Below are positions 12,005-26,238 of a stretch of DNA of 64,000 nt, piece after piece (positions within the stretch are counted from its first letter, which is position 1; each line of letters opens with the position of its first letter). Both the position numbers and the translations under genes were made by a program. The notes beneath the pieces were generated by a model, which saw only the letters and a program-made list of their open reading frames with translations, made no database searches and had not been told where the DNA came from. The stretch lies in assembly GCA_038087875.1 (NCBI GenBank), contig JAXLNO010005984.1, positions 1 to 64,000 of the forward strand, read 5' to 3'. Source of the stretch: Malacoraja senta (taxonomy: Eukaryota).

Positions 12005-12134
12005 CTGAGGAGGGAAATTAAATATTAGACAACAAAGAAATGGCATAGCAGAGAACAGAACTCAGAAATATGCAACTAGTTTATTCACTTTAACTGTTGA
12101 TTCATCCCACATAACATCTTCCTTCCAGATATAA

Positions 12135-12380
12135 AGGCACAGCGCCAGACACCTGGGTTTGATCCTGACCACGGGTGATGTCTGTACGCAATTTGTACCT
12201 TCTCCCTGTGACTGCATAGGTTTTCTCCAGGTGCTCCAGTTTCCTCCCACATTCCAAAGACAGATGTGCAGGTTTGTAGGTTAATTGACTTGTGTCCCTA
12301 GCTTATGTGGGTGATCGTTGGTTGGTGCGGACTCAGTGGGGCCGAAGTGTCTGTTTCAATGCTCTCTCTCTAAACTAAAC
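12135..12380 (+). mobile_element. V-SINE
   Basis: Head, V-domain and CTAAA tail. Confidence 0.85.
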
Positions 12381-12419
12381 AAAAAACTCAATACTCCTTC
12401 AAATAGTTCCGTTCACACA

Positions 12420-12650
12420 AGTTCTATGTTATCTAACTTTCGCTTCCACACTAGGGTCAAATTACAGAGACCAATTAACCCATAAAACCTGTCATCTTTA
12501 GTATGTGTGTGAAAACTGGAGGACAGTGGAAACCCATGCGGTCATAGGGAATACATGCAAACTTCACACAGCCGACAACCGAGGTTAGGATTGAACTGAT
12601 GTGTATGACGCACTGAGGCAGCAGCTCTATCAGCAGCGCCACTCTGCCTC
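12420..12650 (-). mobile_element. diverged V-SINE
   Basis: Reverse-complement head and V-domain. Confidence 0.7.
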
Positions 12651-13329
12651 AGGTTGCGTCATGTTCAGCACAAACGTTGTTGGACAAAGGACCTGTTCCT
12701 CTATTACAGGGGCATTCCCATTCACCGTAAAATTCAGCGAACTCAGCACCATTGGGTCACTGGAAATATTCCCTGCCTGACCATCATATCCCTCCAGATC
12801 AGTCGGACAGACACCAGTTAGGCAGCATCTGCCTGCAAATGATTCATGTCCCTCAAACCCCTGCATCTCCATGCACCCACGAAGGTGCACCCCAGATGCC
12901 ACCATCCCTGGCAGTGCTTTCCAGGCACACACCACATAGTATGTAATAAAAACTTGCCCTTTTTAAAAACTGCAGCTTCTACCCTGCACTGAATATAATG
13001 CAATAAGTTAAATGCCATAGTAGGCATTTAGTTAATTGGGATAATTTTAGTCAATTGGGAGGTGTGATTGCAAATCTTGTACAATATCATAAACCAAGTA
13101 AAATGTGACAAAGTCAAAATGGCCAGGCACAAAGAACAGAATAATCATGAACATCAATAACATGTCAATAATTAGACTCTCCTTGTGTAAGGCAGCATGC
13201 TGTAAGGTTGCAAACTCGTTTGCTCCCTTAACTTTTAACTTCCACTGACCACTCTTTCAATGTTACTGGTGACTATTTGACTTCAAGACACCGTCTAACT
13301 GTTCATAAAGTGTTGATAACACTTTTACA

Positions 13330-16300
13330 CGCCTTAATCGTGAAAAGGATGGAGACAAGAAGGAAAGGAGGATCCCCAAAGAAGGAACTGGGGAAAGCCA
13401 CAACCACAGCTGCAGCTTCTGATTCCAGCATCATAGAAGCAATATCGAAAATGAACGATGAATTGAAAAATGACCTGAAAAATGAAATGAAAACAAGATT
13501 TGGCAGTTTGGAAGAAATGGTGAAAGGAGTTTCGACCAAATTGAAGGAAGTCCAAGGAAAACTGTCTTTGTTACAAGATGAACTTCGTGAACAAAAGGAT
13601 CAAATTGATATCTTGTGAACCCTGGGACAGGAGAGAGATTTGAAGATTGAAAAATTGGAACGGAGAATGAATGAAAACACTCGAGCACTTCAGCAATACA
13701 AGTCTAAAAATATGGACTTAGAAAACAGAAGCCGTGGTTTGAATTGACGAATTGTTGGTTTGCCGGAAGGCCAAGAAGGAAATAACGTTATAAAATATGC
13801 TTCTAAAATGATAAAGGAAACATTCAACATTGAGCACAATGAAAACCTTCCGTTCCTGGATAAGGCACACAGGATTGGGAAGAAATCCGGTAATAAACCG
13901 AGACACTTGATCATTCGGTTTCATTTTTTTCAAATGAAGGAGAATATTCTCCAGGCAGCAAAAAAGTTTGGTGTGGTTGAATATGAAGGATGTAAGTTTC
14001 GGTTTGTCCCTGATTATAGTTACGAGCTTTTGGAAATAAGAAAGACTTTTTATAATGTAATGTCTGATTTATATAAGAAAAACTGCGCCCAGCTTTATTA
14101 TCACCAGCTAGATTGCGTATTCGGCTTTTCAATGGTAACTTTCGATTTTTTAACAGTCCTCAAGATGCCTCCAGCTGTGTCTGAAGAGCTACGACGAGGA
14201 AGGGGAGTAATTGATAGCTGATTAAGTTATAATTGGAGATTTACTGTTCCTATTTTGACAACATTTCGTTTGGTAATGATTAAGAATTTAACTGGACGAG
14301 TTGTTTTTCTTTTATATATATTCTTTTAAGAATTTCTTTGTTAATTCGTGTTCCCCTGTCGTTAGACAAACTAAGAGAACGCAGTTCTTGTTTTTCATAT
14401 CTTGACCTTGGATAATAATAAGCAGCATTCCATGCCAGTCTGTATTTTTTTTTCTTCTCTCTCAAAGAGATAATAACGAATGTGCTATGACGTAGTGGTT
14501 AAATATTATTCATTTTATGCTGAGCGCTGTTACTGGGAGAGATGGGATCATGGAGGGGATTAGGTAGTTTGCTGACTGTCTTTTGGTCAGTTTGGGGTTC
14601 TACAGGGGTGGGAGGGGGCAAGGGGGAGGGGTCTTTTGTTCCCTATTTAGTGATCTCCATTTGTGCAAATTCTGAACTACAAAATTGGCTGAAATGTCAT
14701 CACCCGGCTCCGCCCTAGATTTTACTTCTTCCAGTATTATGAACTTTTAGGCTTCAAGAAATTAACCCATTACATCCCACATGATTTTTACAAGCAATAT
14801 GGATAAACTTCCTTTCATGGAATGTGAATGGCTTGAACCATCCCATTAAGAGGATTTAAAAAAAAAAGTTCTTCACAGACTAAATGCTCAGATTATCTTT
14901 GTTCAGGAAACTCATGTAAGGCAAGATGACAAGTCACGATTTTTCAAGTTTTGGAGAGGACAGCAGTTTCATTCAAATTCACAGGCTAAGGGGAAAGGAG
15001 TCTCTATTTTTATCGACCCCTCAATTCCGTTTGTTCACCATGAAACAATTTCTGATCCATATGGCAGATTCTTGGTGATTACCGGTGTCCTTTATAGGCA
15101 AAAAGTCGCTATGGTGAATGTCTATGCACCAAATATTGATCACCCTGAGTTTTTTAAACAGTTAATTGCATCCTTTCCTAATTTAAATGAGCACTTTTTA
15201 ATAATGGGTAGAGGCTTCAATTGCTGTTTGAATCCCTCGATTGATAGATCTACATCTGATCATGTGCTTCCAAATAAATCAGCTAATTTTATTAATTCTT
15301 TATTACTTGACTCGGGAATGTTAGAAATTTGGAGATTCTTACACGCAAATGACAAAGAATTTTCATTTTTCTCATGTATATCATAGTTATTCTAGGATCG
15401 ACTATTTTATACGAGATTCTCGGCTAGTTCCATCGGTCATTGCATGTGAGTATGATACAATTGCTATTTCTGATCATGCACCAGTGAAACTATTGATCAA
15501 ACTACCTGATTCCAAGTTTAGTGCTAAACAATGGCGATTTAATACTACTTTGCTTCAAGACTTAAACTTTATTAAGTTTATGAAAGATCAGATTGCTTTT
15601 TACTTCTTGACAAACTCTAATGAAGAGATATCCAATGATATAGTTTGGGATGCTTTTAAGGCATATATTCATGGACAAATTATTTCATACTCCGCGGGAT
15701 TAAAAAAACAAACACAAAAAGAAATACACACATTGGCTGACGAGATTAAAGAAATTGATAAAAAATATTCAAAAGCTCCTAGTTTAGAGCTCTATAAGAA
15801 TAGAGTTGAACTTCAATTGAGATATGATTTGTTATTAGTATCACCGATTGAGAACCAGTTACTTAAAACCAAAAGTCAATTTTATATAAATGGCAAAAAT
15901 CTGGTAAATTACTTGATAATCAATTGAGGCAGTGTCGGCCAAGCGTCAGATTACTAAAGTGAGTAAACGGGATGGTACAGTAACTGTAGACCATGACGAA
16001 ATTAATAAATCCTTTCAGGAATTTTATACCTCCCTATCCCAATCAGATTTTCCTACTGATTCCAATATAATGCATGAGTTTTTAAAGAAACTGAACTTAC
16101 CAAATTTACCATACAATGAGTCTCTGTTGTTTCGATGAACCCATCACGGAAGAAATACAGAAAGCAATTTTTTCAATGAATTCTGGTAAAACTCCCGGTT
16201 TAGATGGGTTTACAGTAGAATTTTTAAAGTATTTCTCAAATTTATTGTCTCCATGGCTATGCAAGGTATTTAAAGAAGCCTGTTTAAGGAATAGATTACC

Positions 16301-18965
16301 ACAATCTTTTTATGAAGCTTCTATTTCTTTAATTTAAAAAAAAGATAAAGACCCTACTGAAGTGACATCATATAGACCTATATCAATGTGAAATGTAGAT
16401 TTTAAAATTCTTTCCAAAATATTAGCTATGAGATTGGAAAAGATTTTCCCGTAAATTATCTCTGAAGATCAGACAGGTTTTATTAAAAATCGTTACTCAT
16501 TCTTTAATGTTAGGAGATTAATAAATATTGTATATACAGCGTCTAATAAAACCCCAGAATGTGTCATCTCACTTGATGCCGAGAAGGCTATTGATAGAGT
16601 AGAATGGAATACTTATTCAATATACTTGAAAAAGTTAAGATTGGTCCAAAATTTATCTCTTGGATCAAACTGCTATATCTTATACCTCAGGTTTATGTAT
16701 TTACTAATAATCAGATATCCCCTTTTTTCAGGCTCTTTCAAGGTACTAGACAGGGCTGTCCCTTAAGTCCTTTACTATTTGATATTGCTTTGGAAACTTT
16801 AGCCACTGCTATTAGGGAATCCCCTAATATTTTTGGTATTGTCCGTGGGAATAAGACACATAAGCTATCTCTTTATGCAGATGATCTGTTATTATTTATT
16901 TCTAACCCTGAGAAATCTATTCCGGCAATAGTAGCATTACTTAATCAATTCAGTAGTTTTTCTGGTTATAAACTAAACCTTAGTAAGAGTGAGCTTTCCC
17001 ATTAAATAAATTTGTTTCGAGTTATGGACAGCTTCCATTTAGATTGACTACCGAAAGTTTTACTTATTTAGGTATTAAGATCGCCAAGAAACACAAGGAT
17101 TTATTTAAAGCTAATTTTATTCCTTTAATTGACCATATTAAACATCAGTTCACTAAATGGTCACCAATGTCCTTATCCTTAATTGGCCGAATCAATGCTA
17201 TTAAAATGTTCATTTTACCTACATTTCTGTATTTATTTCAGACGATACCAATTTTTATTGCCAAATCTTTCTTTGATATTATAGACTCTAAAATTTCTTC
17301 ATATATATGGCAGAATAAAAATCCCAGACTAGGTAAAAAATACCTACAGAAATAAAAAAAAGTTGGTGGTTTGGCATTGCCGAACCTTAGACTCTACTAT
17401 TGGGCAGTCAATGTTCGTTATTTAACATTTTGGACAAAAGATTTAGAAGATACCCAATGCCCTGGATGGATAAACCTAGAGTGTGATTCCTTACAAGGTC
17501 TATAATTGGCTTCTATTCTAGGGGCCTCGTTACCTTTTACAATTACGAGATTGAATAAATATATGATGAACCCAATAATAAGACATACGTTCCGAATAAG
17601 GTTTCAATTTCATACGTTTTTTGGACTATCTGATTTTATCCAAATTTCTCTTCCAACCATCTAGTACTGATCAAGTTTTTTTGTTATGGAAGAGGAATGG
17701 ATTAGTAGCTTTTCGTAATTTGTTTTTGGAGGGTCGTTTTATGTCTTTCGAACAACTCTCCAATAAATATAACTTACCTAATTCACACTTTTTTAGATAT
17801 TTACAAATTAGACAAAAGTTGAACCCTTATCAGAAAGGATTAATAACGACTAATCATGAGTTGATTTTAAAATTGCAAATAGATACATTTGATAAAATTA
17901 AGAATGACTGGGAAAGAGAACTCCAAATTTCTTTATCTATAGAGAAATGGGAGAGGATTCTTCAATTAGTCAATACCTCTTCAATGTGTGCAAGACACGC
18001 TTTGATACAATTCAAGGTGGTCCACAGAGCTCATATGTCAAAAGATAAGTTAGCTCGTTTTTATGGTCATATAAATCCTACCTGTGACAGATGTAACTCT
18101 GAAGTGGCATCACTGACCCATATGTTTTGGTCCTGCCCTCTTTTGGAAAAATATTGGAAATACATTTTTGATTCTATTTCGGTAGTCTTAGGTATAGATT
18201 TACAACCTCATCCTATTACTGCAATTTTTGGGTTACCAATGTTAGATTCTATTCATTTGTCCCACTCCGCCCATCGGTTGATTGCTTTTACCACATTAAT
18301 TGCCAGAAGATTTATTTTATTTAAATGGAAAGATTCCAACCCTCCGACCACACTCCAGTGGTATTCTGAAACGATATCATCTTTAAATTTAGAAAAAATC
18401 AGAAGTGACATTGTTGAACCCTTGGTTAAATTTGATAAGTCTTGGGGAATATTTATAGAACACTTTCATACAACATAAATTGTTCCCTCTTTAACCTTTA
18501 TAAAAATTATTTTACCTTCATAGGGTGGAACGGACTTGACGACAAACAGACTTAAATTGTTGAATTTCTCAGTTCAGATTCGGTTTTGCTCTGTTTTGTT
18601 TTATTTATTTATTTACTTTATTTGTATTCTTATTTTATTATTATCAATTTTTTAATTTATTTTTTAGTTTAGGGGGGTTTTGTTTTTTCTTTTTCTTTTT
18701 GTCTTTTTATCTTTGCTTTTTTAAAACATTTATGTTTCCTTTTAAAGATTTAACTACATTTACATAAAGACCGAGAGGTCTATATTCATTGTGTATTTTG
18801 ACACTGGTCTCATATTAGGTTATACCTGTTATTAATGTGTTTAATCCTGATCCCTATGTATCAATACCATTGTTATGTTTATCATTATTCTTTTTGCTCT
18901 GTTTTTTATGTTTTATTTTTGTTTTTGTTTTTTGGAAAAAAGCAATAAAAAGATTTTAAAAGAAA
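13330..18965 (+). mobile_element. near-full-length decayed L1 LINE (ORF1 and ORF2 broken by stops and frameshifts), antisense in the last intron of the MHC class I-like gene
   Basis: ORF1 pieces (coiled coil; LENRSR..LRIVGLPEG; AHRIG), EN (SWNVNG, QETH, YSRIDYF, SDH), RT (GTRQGCPLSP, LYADD), CxxC-H-C tail domain, T-rich 3' UTR and A-rich tail. 5' end approximate. Confidence 0.93.
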
Positions 18966-18969
18966 GGTA

Positions 18970-19480
18970 CTGAATAAAAAAGTTGGGATGTTCTGCTACA
19001 GTTGTACAAGATGTTGGTGAGGCCACATTTGGAGTATTGTGTTAAGTTTTGGTCACTCCACTATCGGAAGGATGTCATTAACAGGGCCTGTGATTCAGGG
19101 AGAGGATGAGAATGCTTGGACTTTAGTCCTTGGCACGCAAGAGGCTGAGGGGTGATCTTATAGAAGTTTATAAAATCAAGGAGCATAGATAGATTGAATG
19201 CACAGAATCTTTTAACCAGCCTTGTGTAATCAAGAACCAGAGGACTTAGGTTTAAGGTGAGAAGGAAACGAGTTACTCGGAACCAGAGGAAGTGGAAATA
19301 TGGAAGAACATTCCAGGGGAAGGAGTTGAGGCAGGTATTAAAACACATTTAGAACACACTTGGACAGGTACATACTGTAGATAGGAAAGGTTCAGTGAGA
19401 TATGGGTCAATTCCAGGAAAATTGTAGTTTAAACATGGCATCTTGGTTGGCATGGCCAAGTTGAGGCAAAGGGCCCATTT
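18970..19480 (+). mobile_element. CR1 3' fragment
   Basis: TTGGTGAGGCCACATTTGGAGTATTG and AGGCTGAGGGGTGATCTTATAGA CR1 motifs. Confidence 0.8.
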
Positions 19481-20199
19481 CCATGCCGTATGACTATGGC
19501 ACCGTGGGCTTGAAAAGCCAATTCTTTTCCGTTTCACTGCTAAATGATAGTTAATCACCCTCACTAATAGTGACCACAATGGCAGACCCATGACCATGAC
19601 TGGTTTACAGTGATAATAAGCTAACCATTGCCTCAGTTCAAATATGCATGTCGTTGATGTTCAATGACTAAATTGTTGCTGCATTCTTAGTTTTGGCAAG
19701 GTTCTGATCTGGGTGCTGGAGCTGTTAGACATCTTGATACCATGAAAGCAGAACCTCCATTTCAGGAAATATACTTGCTGAATGGTGTCTCAGACCAGCA
19801 ATGCCAGGGAACATTGTATTTTGAAGAGGAAATATTACACAACCAAGGCCAAGTGCTCGAGAAAGCAGCACGTCTGTTATTTCAATGAAAACTCTGCTCT
19901 TCATCCATCTTGTCATTTTGATCACCCAGTTTAGTTTATAATATTGTATAACATTTGCAATCAATTCTCACAGTTTATGACATTTACAGCTGGCGTGAAG
20001 ATGCATCAGTCAATACCTTCTGTCTTCCAATTTAGTTTATTTAATAGAAAGATAGAAACATTAAAAAATAGGTGCAGGAATAGGCTATTCGGCCCTTTGA
20101 GCCATACATGGCTGATCATCCAAAATTAATACTCCGATCTGGCTTTTTCCCCATATCCCTTGACTCCCTTAGCCCTAAGAGCTAAATCTAACTCTCTCT

Positions 20200-20485
20200 T
20201 GAAAACAGTGATACAGTGTGTAAACAGGCCATTTGTGCCACCAAATCCATACTAACCAGCAATCACCCATTCATAATAGATTTCCCATCCACCCCTACAC
20301 TATCAGGGTGTCTTACCAAGGATGATTACCTGCACACCTGCTCATCTTTGGGATATGGGAGGAAACCGGAGCTCCCTGAGGAAGCCCACATAGTCACAAG
20401 AGAATGTGCAAACTCCACGTAGACAGTACCCGAGGTCCAGATTGAACCTGGGTCTCTGGCGTTGTGAGGCAGCAGTTCTACCAGC
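20200..20485 (-). mobile_element. V-SINE
   Basis: Reverse-complement SINE head and V-domain. Confidence 0.8.
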
Positions 20486-21404
20486 TACACTACCATGCTG
20501 CATTACGTACAAACTCTAAATCCTACACTGACTTTCCCTTCCACTTGTTATATTCAACACAATAACTCCTTTACACAGGAGGAAAGTGAACTGCAATTCA
20601 TCACCAGAATATATCTTACAACAGTGTGATCACAGGCAAGAAACCAGTGATATAGATGACTGAATTTACACTAAAACCCTGATCATCCAGCTCTCTTGGG
20701 ATTTGGGAAATGGTAGATTTTAAGGACTGCTGCATGTTACTCCAAACATACTTTAATTCAACTAATTTAAGCACTTGTTGAGCAAGTCAGTGGTTGAGGT
20801 GCATCTGTACACTACTATCAGACTTAAGCGGAGGAATACCCATTGTAATTTGCCTGAAGAGTCTCGAACCAGATTGTCACCTATCCATGGTCTCCTGGGA
20901 TGTTGCCTGACCTGCTGAGTTACTCTAGCACTGTCCCTCACAGTCTTTCCCAATCTTATAAATCAAAAATAGTCAGCATCTTTCTACATCATAAAGAGTC
21001 ATGGAAATATGCAGCATACAAACATGGCCTTTGTCCCACTGACCTGCACCAACCATTCATGTATACTAATCCTATATTTGTCCCACATTCTCATCAGCTC
21101 TCCCCACATTGTATCATGCACAATCTAGGGGACAACTAACCTACCAAACAATGTTTTGGGGATGTGGGAGGAAACCAGAGCACCTGGGGAAACCCACATG
21201 GTCACAGGAACAACATGCAAACTCTACAGATACAACAGCCGATGTCGGTATTTAATTCAGGTCTCTGGCTCTGTGCTGTCCTGTTTCACATTGTAGTCCA
21301 CCTGTCATGTTGTTGCTCATTCATTCGGCTTTCCACCTTGAACCATTTCTCCCACTACTTACATTCCCACTTAATTTGGAGTTTTCCAGCAACAGCGGCC
21401 TTGG

Positions 21405-21710
21405 TGGCAGCTACTGTGTGTAGCGGTAGAGTTGCTGCCTTACAGTGCTTGCAGCACCGGAGACCCGGGTTCGATCCCGACTACTGATGCTGTCTGTACA
21501 AAGTTTGTACGTTCTCCCCATGACTGAGTGTGTTTTCTCCAAGATCTAAGGTTTCCTCCCACACTCCAAAGACGTACAGGTATGTAGGTTAATTGGCTTG
21601 GTGTGCGTGTATAGGATAGTGTTAATGTGCGGGGATCGCTGGTCAGCGCAGACTCGGTGGGCCTAAGGACCCGTTTCGTCACTGTATCTCTAAATTAAAC
21701 TAAACAAAAC
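21405..21710 (+). mobile_element. V-SINE
   Basis: Full head, V-domain and (CTAAA)n tail. Confidence 0.9.
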
Positions 21711-21789
21711 TAGTAAATGTTAAACTGCAACCAATCTGCCTCATAGCTGACTTGGATCATGAACAGTGCGAGCCCCCAACAGAGCAGCA

Positions 21790-22100
21790 CAGTGTCACAA
21801 CTCGTAGAGCTGCTACCTCACAGCGACACAGACCCGGGTTCAATTTTGACCTTGAGTGCCATCTATGTGGAGTTTGCATGTTCTCCGTGTAACCGCATTG
21901 GATCCCTCCAGGGGCTCCGGTTTCCTCACACATCCTAAGATGTGTCAGTTTATAGTTTAATTGGCCACTGTAAATTGCCCCTAGTGGGTGGGTGACTGGA
22001 TGAGAAGGTGCAATGAGATAGAATTCATGAGAACAGGTGAACAGGTGGTTGGCATGGACTCGGTGGGCCGAAAGGACTGCCCCCATGCTGTACTTTTCAA
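21790..22100 (+). mobile_element. V-SINE (diverged)
   Basis: GACCCGGGTTCAATT B-box-like motif and V-domain. Confidence 0.8.
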
Positions 22101-22347
22101 TGACTCAATGATATTTCTAGGATTTGGGGCAGTGAATCCATAATGTATAACATTTTTTTACACTGAATTCACAATTTTTAAATATCTGATTATCAGAAAC
22201 ATTTAACAACAGCACAAAGGCTAGTTGACAGTGGTGACTGTCGAGGTATTTCATGTGTAGCTGCTGCCTTATCCTACTTGAGATCGATCATTTCTTCAAG
22301 CCCAATACCTTTACTAGCAACAGTTCATCACAATTTTTCCATCTTAC

Positions 22348-22455
22348 CTCTCCTCTTTTTTCTCCACCAAACAATTACTGCCAAGACAATAGCCAGCAAT
22401 ATCAGCACACACACGGCAATAAGGCCTATGTGCCTGTCTTTCTTTCTATTTCCTT
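22348..22455 (-). CDS. connecting peptide + transmembrane + stop-transfer exon of the MHC class I-like gene: (E)GNRKKDRHIGLIAVCVLILLAIVLAVIVWWRKKRR
   Basis: Acceptor TTCTTATTTTTCAG|, donor G|GTAAGA; 108 nt, phase 1-1; 22-residue hydrophobic segment followed by RKKRR. Not in the ORF track. Confidence 0.92.
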
Positions 22456-22535
22456 CTGAAAAATAAGAATGCATAATTTTACAAATCAATTGTTAAGCTG
22501 TGCAGCTAAATAGATGGGCACTGTCTGAAGACTTC

Positions 22536-22635
22536 AGGGTGAAGAAGGGTCTCGACCCAAAACGCCACCTATTCCTTTTCTCCAGAGATGCTACCTGACC
22601 ACTGAGTTACTCCAGCATTTTGTGTCTATCTTTGG
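22536..22635 (+). mobile_element. Penelope-derived repeat with degenerate minimal hammerhead motif
   Basis: TGAAGAAGGGTCTCGACCCAAAACGCC (stem II GGGT/ACCC) followed by CTGAGTTACTCCAGCATTTTGTGTC. Confidence 0.7.
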
Positions 22636-23029
22636 CACTTTTCAACATATATAATAAATATGTTGTTTTGAATCATGGAGTTCTGCAACATGGCAAAGGG
22701 ACAATATCTGTTCTGTACAACTCTATGATCTATGGCACCATCACAGCCACAACTTAATTCATGAAAGAAGGTGAATTGAAAGCAGAAAGCTTTAACCCTA
22801 TATAATCTAACATCTGTTTTGGGAAAAATGCTGGATTCCTTTCAGTAATGGCAGAACATTTAAGTAATAACTAAACAATAAAGTGCATTAACAGGAAAAT
22901 TGTAGAAAGAAAGAGATGCAGATACTGATTTACACAAAAGCTTTAGTTTAGTTTATTGTCACGAGTACTGAGGTACAGTGAAAAGCTTTTGTTTCATGCT
23001 AACCAGTCAGTGGAAAGAATATACATGAC

Positions 23030-23260
23030 AGACACAAAATGCTGGAGTAACTCAGTGGAATAGGCAACATCTCTGGCGAACATGGACTCAGTCAGAAGGA
23101 TCGTGACCCGAAACATCACCTATTCTTTTTCTCCAGAAATGCTGCCTGACCAGCTGAGTTATTCCAGCAATTTGAGTCCATCTTCAGTGTAAACCAGCAT
23201 TTGCAGTTTCTCCCTACACATGGACAGGTGACATTTCGTTTACGGACCCTTCTTCAAACT
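23030..23260. mobile_element. Penelope-derived inverted-repeat (MITE-like) element
   Basis: GCTGGAGTAACTCAG arm and its complement CTGAGTTATTCCAGC flank GACCCGAAACATCACC. Confidence 0.7.
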
Positions 23261-25119
23261 TTGTTTGAGAAATTGATTAGAATTCTTTGAAAATGCAACA
23301 GGAACCCGTAGACAATGTACATTTGAGCAGCAGTAGTTTGCAGGTGTGCACAGCCTAAAATTCAAAAACAAAATGATGGAAAAGCAGAATAGGTAACAAA
23401 ATTGGAATGAGAAACAAAAGAAATACAATATATTGTAGAGATCCAAGTGTCGTGAACAAATCAATGTTTTTTTTTAAAGAAATACAGTTTTGGCACACTC
23501 GCGTTTAGTAAGGACTTGAGCAAAGTTCCTGCCGTTGTAATCGGGCACACCAGTTGACTGGCGATTAACTCATCACCAACTCCCACCAAAACCCTGTCAC
23601 GTGATAGTCCCAGCTCCCCTGACGAGGGTTCTAGCAATAAGTGGCCTGACCACCAGATGTCGCCAGAATATCTGGATTTTCATAAGATATCTGATCAAGT
23701 GATGCAAAGGCACATGGCTTATGACATTGGGGGTAATAATTAGCATGAATGGAAAAACAATTAAGAGCAAGCAGAGTCTTAAAGGAGTGTTCAGGTTGGG
23801 AAACTGCAACTGCAGGTTGGGAATCAATGCAAGAAAGTGAACTACTTATCGTTAGTATTAAGAGCAGATGAAGGGACTGATGGCGCTGTAGCCTAGATTG
23901 CTGATGATACATAGACAGGTTGAAAATTAAGTTCTGGAGTATGTCAACAGTCTTCAGAGTGAAACATCAGATTCCTTATTTGTGCATTGTTCGAGGGAAT
24001 CTTCAAAAGTGAACATTTGTGTAGGTTAGTGCAGCGTACCTGGAATCAAACTACTACGATCGCTGTTTGTCAGGCAGTTATATTTTTGTTGCTGAATCTG
24101 TAACTTGCGTCAGGGAACTTACTTCATTAGGTTTAGTTTTATTAATGTCAGATGTTTCAAGATACAGTGCAAAGGTTTGTTTTGTATGCTATCCAAACAA
24201 ATTAGATAATACTATAGATAAATAAAAAACTCAAAAACAATAGATAGAGCAAAGAGGATGATACAGAGTACAGAATATAGTTCTCAGCATTGTAACACAT
24301 CAGTTCCATGGACAATGTTCAATGTTCAATGAGGTTGAGGTGAATCGGGCATTAAACCTACATTATGGAAGGACCCTTCCGAAGCCTGTTAACAGGTGGA
24401 AAGGGGGTGTTCCCGAGTCTGGCAGTGCTTATTTTCAACTTTCAGTACCTATTGCCTGATGGGAGCAGGAAGGAGGAATGTGAGAAAGGTGGGATAAGTC
24501 TCGTTTTCCAAGGGTACCTGGTGTAGATTGGGTCAATACTGGGAAGTCTGGGCTGTGTGATGATCTTTAACTCTTTATATATTCTTGCAGTCTTGGGCAG
24601 TGCAGTTCCCAAATCAAGATGTGATGCAACCCAACAACATGCTTTCTCTAGCGGCATCTATAGATGTTTGCTGGAGTCACCAGAGACATGATGAATATCC
24701 TCAGTCTCCTGAGGAAGTAGAGGTGTTGGTGTGCCTCCTTGGCTATGTGGCCAGTCCATGACCGAATATTGGATATATTCATGCCAAGGAACACGAAGCT
24801 CTCAATCATTTCCACTTCAGACTATTGATTCAGATTGGGGCATGTACTCCCCCAGTGCCTTGCTGTTAATCACATCATGAGGAAAGATTCATTTTATATT
24901 TAAACATACCTTTCATGGATATCAGTTCCACCACTGAGAATCTCAAATACTCCTTCCTTGTATATTAGTTATTTATTTACTTACTTTTAATATATTTTCT
25001 GTTGACAAAGTCTTCTGCTCATGTGGAGAGTGGGGGCTGATTACGTGATTACTTAGAGCAACACCACTAAACAAAGAAAGTTTAAGCATCTTGGAATGTG
25101 GGATGTACTACATGGGATG

Positions 25120-26163
25120 TAGCAATGTCACAAAATTTTGAGATTTTAAAAATCAAGTCTGCAATTTATCCCATCAGATAAAGCATAAAAATAAGTTTAA
25201 TTTGACACCTAATCCACTTTCATATCTTCTGTGTTAAAAAAGTTTGGCCATTTTCTTACTCGGAAATTAGCATCTTGTTCCCTATTGCTTTTCCATTGAC
25301 TTAAAACAAAAGCTGTGATCAAGGACAGTCAAAAGCCCATAACTTTCTTAAAAATTAAGAGAATTTAATGACATTTTCAGTTATTATAGATTGAAGCATT
25401 CTGAAACAAATATGAAACAATCTTACTTGGATGACCTGAAATTAAAGCATATAATTAGTTAGTTACCCAATTGTAGCTAATTACAAAATTCAATTACTAG
25501 ATCTAAATATCTGTCCATTTCTTAAGAAAAAGTTAACATTTTTAAAAAGCCTAAGTGTCCAAATAACATTCACACAAGAATTCACAATATAACATTATTT
25601 TTAAATCTCATTGTCATTAATTTATAGGCCAAATGGAAGGAATTTAGTGTTTAATTTCTGTAAATTAATGGCCATTTAAATCATCTTGCGAGTGGGATTT
25701 TGTGGAACGCGCTGGTTTGGAACGCTGCGGTTGCACTGAATTAAATCCCAATATCGGCAGGAAAAATACTGCCGGTTGGTATATTTAAATAATCACATTT
25801 TCGCAACTTGAAATTTTTATTAAAGGCATCCTAAGAAGCAAGTTTATATGAAAAAATAAATGGTGTACCTTGCCTTGTCCCGTGCGTGAAATCCGTCCCC
25901 GTTGTCTGCGTTTACGGCATTTGAAGATGATTTTAATTTTACTCCACCAATTAAATTATAAAGCGCTAATATTAATAAACTTAATAAAACGGCAGTCGAA
26001 GCGATTTTTCTTCATCAACTATTTAGCCTGTTCAAGATCGTTTAGAACAGGCTGCCAAAATATTGCATTTTAAACCCGCCCCCCTCTCAAAGGCGCCAAA
26101 GTCGCGCACACGGGCAGTGACAGAACTGCAGCGCCGCTGAAGGTAAGTTTTGTAACATACCTA
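25120..26163. mobile_element. 1044-bp non-autonomous DNA transposon
   Basis: 16-bp imperfect TIRs TAGCAATGTCACAAAA / TTTTGTAACATACCTA; GATG on both flanks (4-bp TSD, or a TA TSD under an alternative boundary). Confidence 0.7.
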
Positions 26164-26238
26164 GATGTAGTCACAATGATTAAAATGGAAACAACAGAAG
26201 ATAATGATTATCTATGAAAGAATATTTAACGTTCTTAC

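Noticed and set aside
23270-23360. Polypyrimidine tract and TTTTAG acceptor between the alpha3 and TM exons
   Set aside because: No matching donor giving a phase 1-1 exon; treated as a cryptic site.
26140-26147. Perfect donor AAG|GTAAGT inside the DNA transposon end
   Set aside because: On the plus strand, antisense to the host gene, with no upstream plus-strand exon.
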